Below are positions 58,423-62,052 of a DNA stretch of 62,052 nucleotides, one piece after another; within the stretch, counting starts at the first letter, position 1; each line of letters starts with the position of its first letter. Source of the stretch: Alphaproteobacteria bacterium (GTDB lineage: Bacteria; Pseudomonadota; Alphaproteobacteria; Paracaedibacterales; CAIOTO01); the NCBI GenBank assembly GCA_947488275.1, contig CANKZX010000003.1, positions 1 through 62,052 of the forward strand, written 5' to 3'. The position numbers and the translations under genes are program-made. Below the pieces are notes generated by a model. That model was given only the letters and a program-made list of their open reading frames with translations, searched no databases and had not been told where the DNA came from.

Positions 58423-59013
58423 TCAATGTGTGCGAATGATAAGTTCTGGGTTCCCTAAAAATACCAATTGATTGTCGCCTTCTGTTCGGAAGCCATGGGC
58501 TTTTATGTGTGCCTGTTTGTTGGAGCCCTCAATTGGTGCATCATTTTTAGCAGAGCCATTGTCTATATTTATGGTCGCTTGTGTTGTTCTTAATGTCAAG
58601 CCGTTTGCGTGAGTTAATTGCACATCACCTGATAATTCCATCATTTTAGAATTTTTATCAAAGATGCCTTGTTTGGCATCGACGTTTAATGTTTCACCTT
58701 TTTTTAAATCAATTGCCATATGGAGCGTATCAAAAACAACTTCTTTCTTTGAAATTTCTGTGCCGCGTTTTGATTGAATTTGAAACGGTTGTCCCTTTAC
58801 ATCATGTCCATTATAGCGAAGGGCTGACGCATGATTGAGGTCGAGTAACGCATATGCGTCAATAACAATGGCTTTGCGAAAACCAATGCCAATAAATACG
58901 ATGGCAAGTAAGCTAACACCAAAAAAAGGAAAAATAAATTTTAAATTATGTTTAATGCGAAGACGATTTTTCATGAGTGGCTGATCTATTTTTTTGTGAT
59001 TTAATACCATCAT
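58423..59013 (-). CDS. lptC: LPS export protein LptC
   Basis: N-terminal TM, RY.G.D.KGQPF.I, A..G.FD......L.GDV.L....G..L.T. Confidence 0.75.
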   Translation of the reverse strand: MMVLNHKKIDQPLMKNRLRIKHNLKFIFPFFGVSLLAIVFIGIGFRKAIVIDAYALLDLNHASALRYNGHDVKGQPFQIQSKRGTEISKKEVVFDTLHMAIDLKKGETLNVDAKQGIFDKNSKMMELSGDVQLTHANGLTLRTTQATINIDNGSAKNDAPIEGSNKQAHIKAHGFRTEGDNQLVFLGNPELIIRTH

Positions 59014-59166
59014 AATAGGGCGTCTCTTAATAAATAATTAATAAATCGAACAATATTAAATTCTTACATTATTGAGCCCCGTAATGCAACATTTGTTTTT
59101 ATGTAGAATATTTTGGTGCGTATCATAAAAGAATACAATCAGAAACTTAATTTATCAAAGGGAACA

Positions 59167-59682
59167 CTAATGCTGAAGAGGACTTTTGTTTTTTGAAGCG
59201 CGTTCTAAAATATCATTAATTAGATGATCTGAAAGTCTGTATCCATTCTTTTTTAAATTACTTAAGCATTCTTCCAAATTAAATAAATAGCCTAAATAAA
59301 ACCCTTTCAATAATAATCCAGCTGTTCCGATGACGGGTAAAAAAAGATTTTGTGCTATGGATCGTCCACGTTTTTCATCAATTAATAAGACAGCATTATA
59401 TTCTGCCGCAAGTAAAATCGATGTTTTTTCACCAAAATCTAAAACCTCAATTTTTTTTTCAATACATATATTCGGTTTAGGTGTTTTAATATGAATGAAA
59501 TTATTTTCTATTGCTGTTTTAATTGTTTTTGCCCCTGGAAATTCTTCATTATAAAGACATTCATCACGAACTGTGTCTGAGATAAAAACGTCTTTGAATA
59601 TAAAATATAATAAGTCAAGCTGATTTATTTTTGCAAGTGCAATCAAGGGATCTGCATCGCAAACAACAATTTTATCTATCAC
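59167..59682 (-). CDS. PIN-domain toxin, DUF3368 family
   Basis: VCDADPLIAL.KI..LDLL, LD.GE...I.LA, LLIDEKRGR..A, GTAGLL, GYRLS. Confidence 0.85.
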   Translation of the reverse strand: MIDKIVVCDADPLIALAKINQLDLLYFIFKDVFISDTVRDECLYNEEFPGAKTIKTAIENNFIHIKTPKPNICIEKKIEVLDFGEKTSILLAAEYNAVLLIDEKRGRSIAQNLFLPVIGTAGLLLKGFYLGYLFNLEECLSNLKKNGYRLSDHLINDILERASKNKSPLQH

Positions 59683-59996
59683 AGAGTTAATTCAGCATTA
59701 AGTTCACTTGGATCATAATTAACTATCGTCGTATTCGTGCATGTTGTCAATGTCATCATCTCTTCTAATGATACATTAATAATTTTGGCTGCTTGACGTA
59801 GTGTTATCTTCTGTTCTGAAAGCATATTAAGCACAAGAGATTTGGTAATCCCAAGTTTAACGAGCTCCTCCGTAAAGGGGACAGCTATGAAAACAGGGTG
59901 TCCGTGTTTTGTGATAATTGATAAATGTCCTTGTTCAGCATCACGGATAAGATCACCTGTTCGCGTACGTAATTCTCTGACATTAAAAACGTCCAT
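59679..59996 (-). CDS. Antitoxin: Phd/YefM N-domain fused to UPF0175-like HTH
   Basis: VRELRTRTGDLIR.AE.G.L.IITKHG.P; ITLRQAAK; 4-nt overlap with the toxin. Confidence 0.8.
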   Translation of the reverse strand: MDVFNVRELRTRTGDLIRDAEQGHLSIITKHGHPVFIAVPFTEELVKLGITKSLVLNMLSEQKITLRQAAKIINVSLEEMMTLTTCTNTTIVNYDPSELNAELTL

Positions 59997-60007
59997 TATT
60001 TTCTCTC

Positions 60008-60031
60008 ATGTGCTACCAATTGATAGCACAT
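60008..60031. promoter_or_regulatory. 24-bp palindromic operator of the TA operon
   Basis: ATGTGCTACCAATTGATAGCACAT, one mismatch, 11 bp upstream of the antitoxin start. Confidence 0.7.
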
Positions 60032-60093
60032 TGTATCATGCATCTACCTAACTGTAAAGATGACGTTGATATTTTCTTAGTCTAGAGGCACAA

Positions 60094-60729
60094 TCAGAAA
60101 CTTAATTTATCAAAGGGAACACTAATGCTGAAGAGAATTTTTGCAGCCGTTTTCCCTTCTCGCTGTTTAATAAATGTTGTATCCACTTTAACATACTTCA
60201 TCACATCTGCTTGAAAACCAAAACTGGGACCCTTTATTAATTTTGATTCGGTATTACGATCATACGAATAGCCGCCGAATAATTTGATTTGACTGAGATA
60301 TGGTAGGGTTATGGCAAATTTTGTATCGCTACTTAGTCCAGATCGTTTTAATGGCATTTCATAGTGTTTGTTTTCTTTGAAATAGGTCGTGCTTACCTTT
60401 GTTTGCTCGGTTGACATCTCTGTTGCAAATCCAGACCCAGCTTTTTTAAAAGGAATATGTTCATTTCGGAATGTATCAACTTTTGTATGAATAACACGAT
60501 CACCTGTTTGATAGCCTAAAAGTTTCGTAATTTTATCAAATGTGTTGTTTAAGAAATTTGACGGTGTAGACGTTAACTGTTTTTCAGGATAATCATGCTT
60601 GATATTAAATAATAAGCGATTGTCAATTGGATTCGTTGTATGGGATGGCGATGAAATAGGGGAGGCAATAGCTATGCAATAGCCAGCACAAAACATAAAG
60701 AAAATAACTCTGTGCGTTACAGATATCAT
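60094..60729 (-). CDS. Exported protein resembling the C-terminal half of an inverse-autotransporter beta barrel
   Basis: Signal peptide, amphipathic strands, terminal F; visual similarity to 41256-43118. Confidence 0.55.
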   Translation of the reverse strand: MISVTHRVIFFMFCAGYCIAIASPISSPSHTTNPIDNRLLFNIKHDYPEKQLTSTPSNFLNNTFDKITKLLGYQTGDRVIHTKVDTFRNEHIPFKKAGSGFATEMSTEQTKVSTTYFKENKHYEMPLKRSGLSSDTKFAITLPYLSQIKLFGGYSYDRNTESKLIKGPSFGFQADVMKYVKVDTTFIKQREGKTAAKILFSISVPFDKLSF

Positions 60730-60820
60730 GCGGGTTATGTCTTTAAATAGGTGTCTCTATTGTAAGTATGCTATCAACATTGTGTTAATAATAGATAAAT
60801 TTTCAGTTTTTTGTGGATTT

Positions 60821-60949
60821 TATACCCAACACCGATGATTCCCAGCAGAAGATAATTTTATCACTCCTCGTCACGAAAAAGCCGAAGGCTTTTGTGGTGA
60901 TCTAGGGCTGTTGCATCAGAATTGCTAAAAATCATCGGTGCTGAGTATA
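60821..60949. mobile_element. MITE family A, internally deleted copy (one REP unit)
   Basis: TATACCCAACACCGATGATT ... TGCTAAAAATCATCGGTGCTGAGTATA. Confidence 0.8.
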
Positions 60950-60954
60950 TCAGC

Positions 60955-61701
60955 TTACTTAGTTAATGGATTTTTTTTTGAAAAGAATGTACGAATGCCA
61001 TCTGAGCCAGTTTTGCTAAATAAACGTTTATAAAAAGCTATGCGTTCATTACGGATATTTTGCGAGAATGTATGATCGTGTGCGTTGATCATGACACGTT
61101 TAATTGCGCTGGTTGCATCCCCTAAATGTCCTGCAATTTTCTGTGCAAGGGTTAGCGTTTCATCAAAGCAGGTGCCCTTTGAAAAGACATAATTGACGAG
61201 TCCCCATTCGTATGCTTTATTCGCATGAACGGGATCACCTGTAAATAATAATTCAGCTGCGCGCGATGCTCCAATGCGCTGGTGTATGCGCTGCGTGCCT
61301 CCACCACCAGGCAATAAGCCGAGTTTTACTTCAGGAAAAGCAAATTGGGCATTATCGCTTGCGGTGATAAGATCGCACATAAGCGCAAGTTCAAGGCCGC
61401 CGCCAAAGCAGGTTCCCATAACACAGGCGATAACTGGCTTTTGAACCGTACTCAAGTATTGCCAATTATTTATGAAATCTGGTTTGTGTGGAGTCTCATT
61501 CAGTAATTCCGTTAGATCAGCACCTGCACAAAATACTTTTGCGTACGATGTGATGATAATTACATGAATCGTTTGGTTCCATTCAAAATGAGAAAGTGCT
61601 GCATTTAATTCTTGAATAAAAGCAATCGATAAAAGATTCAAGTCGCCATTTTTTAGTACAATAACACCAACAGCACCATGGATGTGTGTTTGAATCTTCA
61701 T
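60955..61701 (-). CDS. Enoyl-CoA hydratase/isomerase
   Basis: FCAGADL, KPVIA, GGGLELALMCD, FPEVKLGLLPGGGGTQR. Confidence 0.9.
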   Translation of the reverse strand: MKIQTHIHGAVGVIVLKNGDLNLLSIAFIQELNAALSHFEWNQTIHVIIITSYAKVFCAGADLTELLNETPHKPDFINNWQYLSTVQKPVIACVMGTCFGGGLELALMCDLITASDNAQFAFPEVKLGLLPGGGGTQRIHQRIGASRAAELLFTGDPVHANKAYEWGLVNYVFSKGTCFDETLTLAQKIAGHLGDATSAIKRVMINAHDHTFSQNIRNERIAFYKRLFSKTGSDGIRTFFSKKNPLTK

Positions 61702-61744
61702 GCGCGTAAATACCTAATAATAATGAACAAGATCAAAATTGCGA

Positions 61745-62050
61745 TTAAATAAGCATTTTTGTCTCAAACATAATATATTCGTCTTTTACAACTGATACGT
61801 TGATACCAACCATGAGCGATTTTGCCAGTTTTCCTAAATAACATGGTAAAATATTACGCGCATTATGGACTTGACTTTGATGGTTTTCTAACGATTCACC
61901 GTAACCAGGTCTTAGGTGTATAGGGGATCCTTTTGCGGTTAAACGCAGTGAATCACCTGCGAAAACAACATCGACGGTTCCTCCGCGTGTAAGGCTTTCA
62001 ATTAAAATATAGGTAAGTCCCAATAGTAAACGGGCGCCACCACCATCTGC
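61745..62050 (-). CDS. chpT: Histidine phosphotransferase ChpT, C-terminal part (starts beyond window)
   Basis: ARLLLGL......SLTRGGTVDV ... A.G....L ... VHNARNILPCYLGKLA matches the ChpT pseudo-CA domain. Confidence 0.6.
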   Translation of the reverse strand, partial: ADGGGARLLLGLTYILIESLTRGGTVDVVFAGDSLRLTAKGSPIHLRPGYGESLENHQSQVHNARNILPCYLGKLAKSLMVGINVSVVKDEYIMFETKMLI

Positions 62051-62052
62051 GC

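Larger units (their letters stand above)
59135..60135. mobile_element. TA cassette bounded by perfect 46-bp direct repeats (59135-59180 and 60090-60135)
   Basis: ACAATCAGAAACTTAATTTATCAAAGGGAACACTAATGCTGAAGAG twice; equals the 3' end of gene 60094-60729. Confidence 0.75.

Overview
62-kb AT-rich chromosomal window from an alphaproteobacterium. MucR, TrcR/DUF1013, ChpT, scattered T6SS genes and Rickettsia-like palindromic repeats suggest a Holosporales/Rickettsiales-like symbiont (inference). Most genes are housekeeping or envelope: lpxK, petA, petC, NAD-GDH, cmk, plsY, miaB, rodZ, rlmN (frameshifted), murJ, map, rpsD, asnB, tssF/G, tamA, msbA, lptACDFG, surA, dnaX, rlmE, tRNA-Ala and SRP RNA, in heavily broken operons. 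Non-routine signals: (1) three AAA_14/DUF4143 ATPase-wHTH-PD-(D/E)XK paralogues, each preceded by its own different long palindrome (single or arrayed), plus an orphan palindrome doublet with no gene; (2) a ~0.9-kb toxin-antitoxin cassette without an integrase, bracketed by a perfect 46-bp duplication of the neighbouring gene's 3' end; (3) CGTC-type REP hairpin pairs nested in three different TIR (MITE) shells; (4) an inverse-autotransporter protein with an HxHxGSCC-repeat passenger, plus a half-barrel paralogue; (5) candidate CtrA boxes. All protein calls come from motif recognition by eye; no searches were run.
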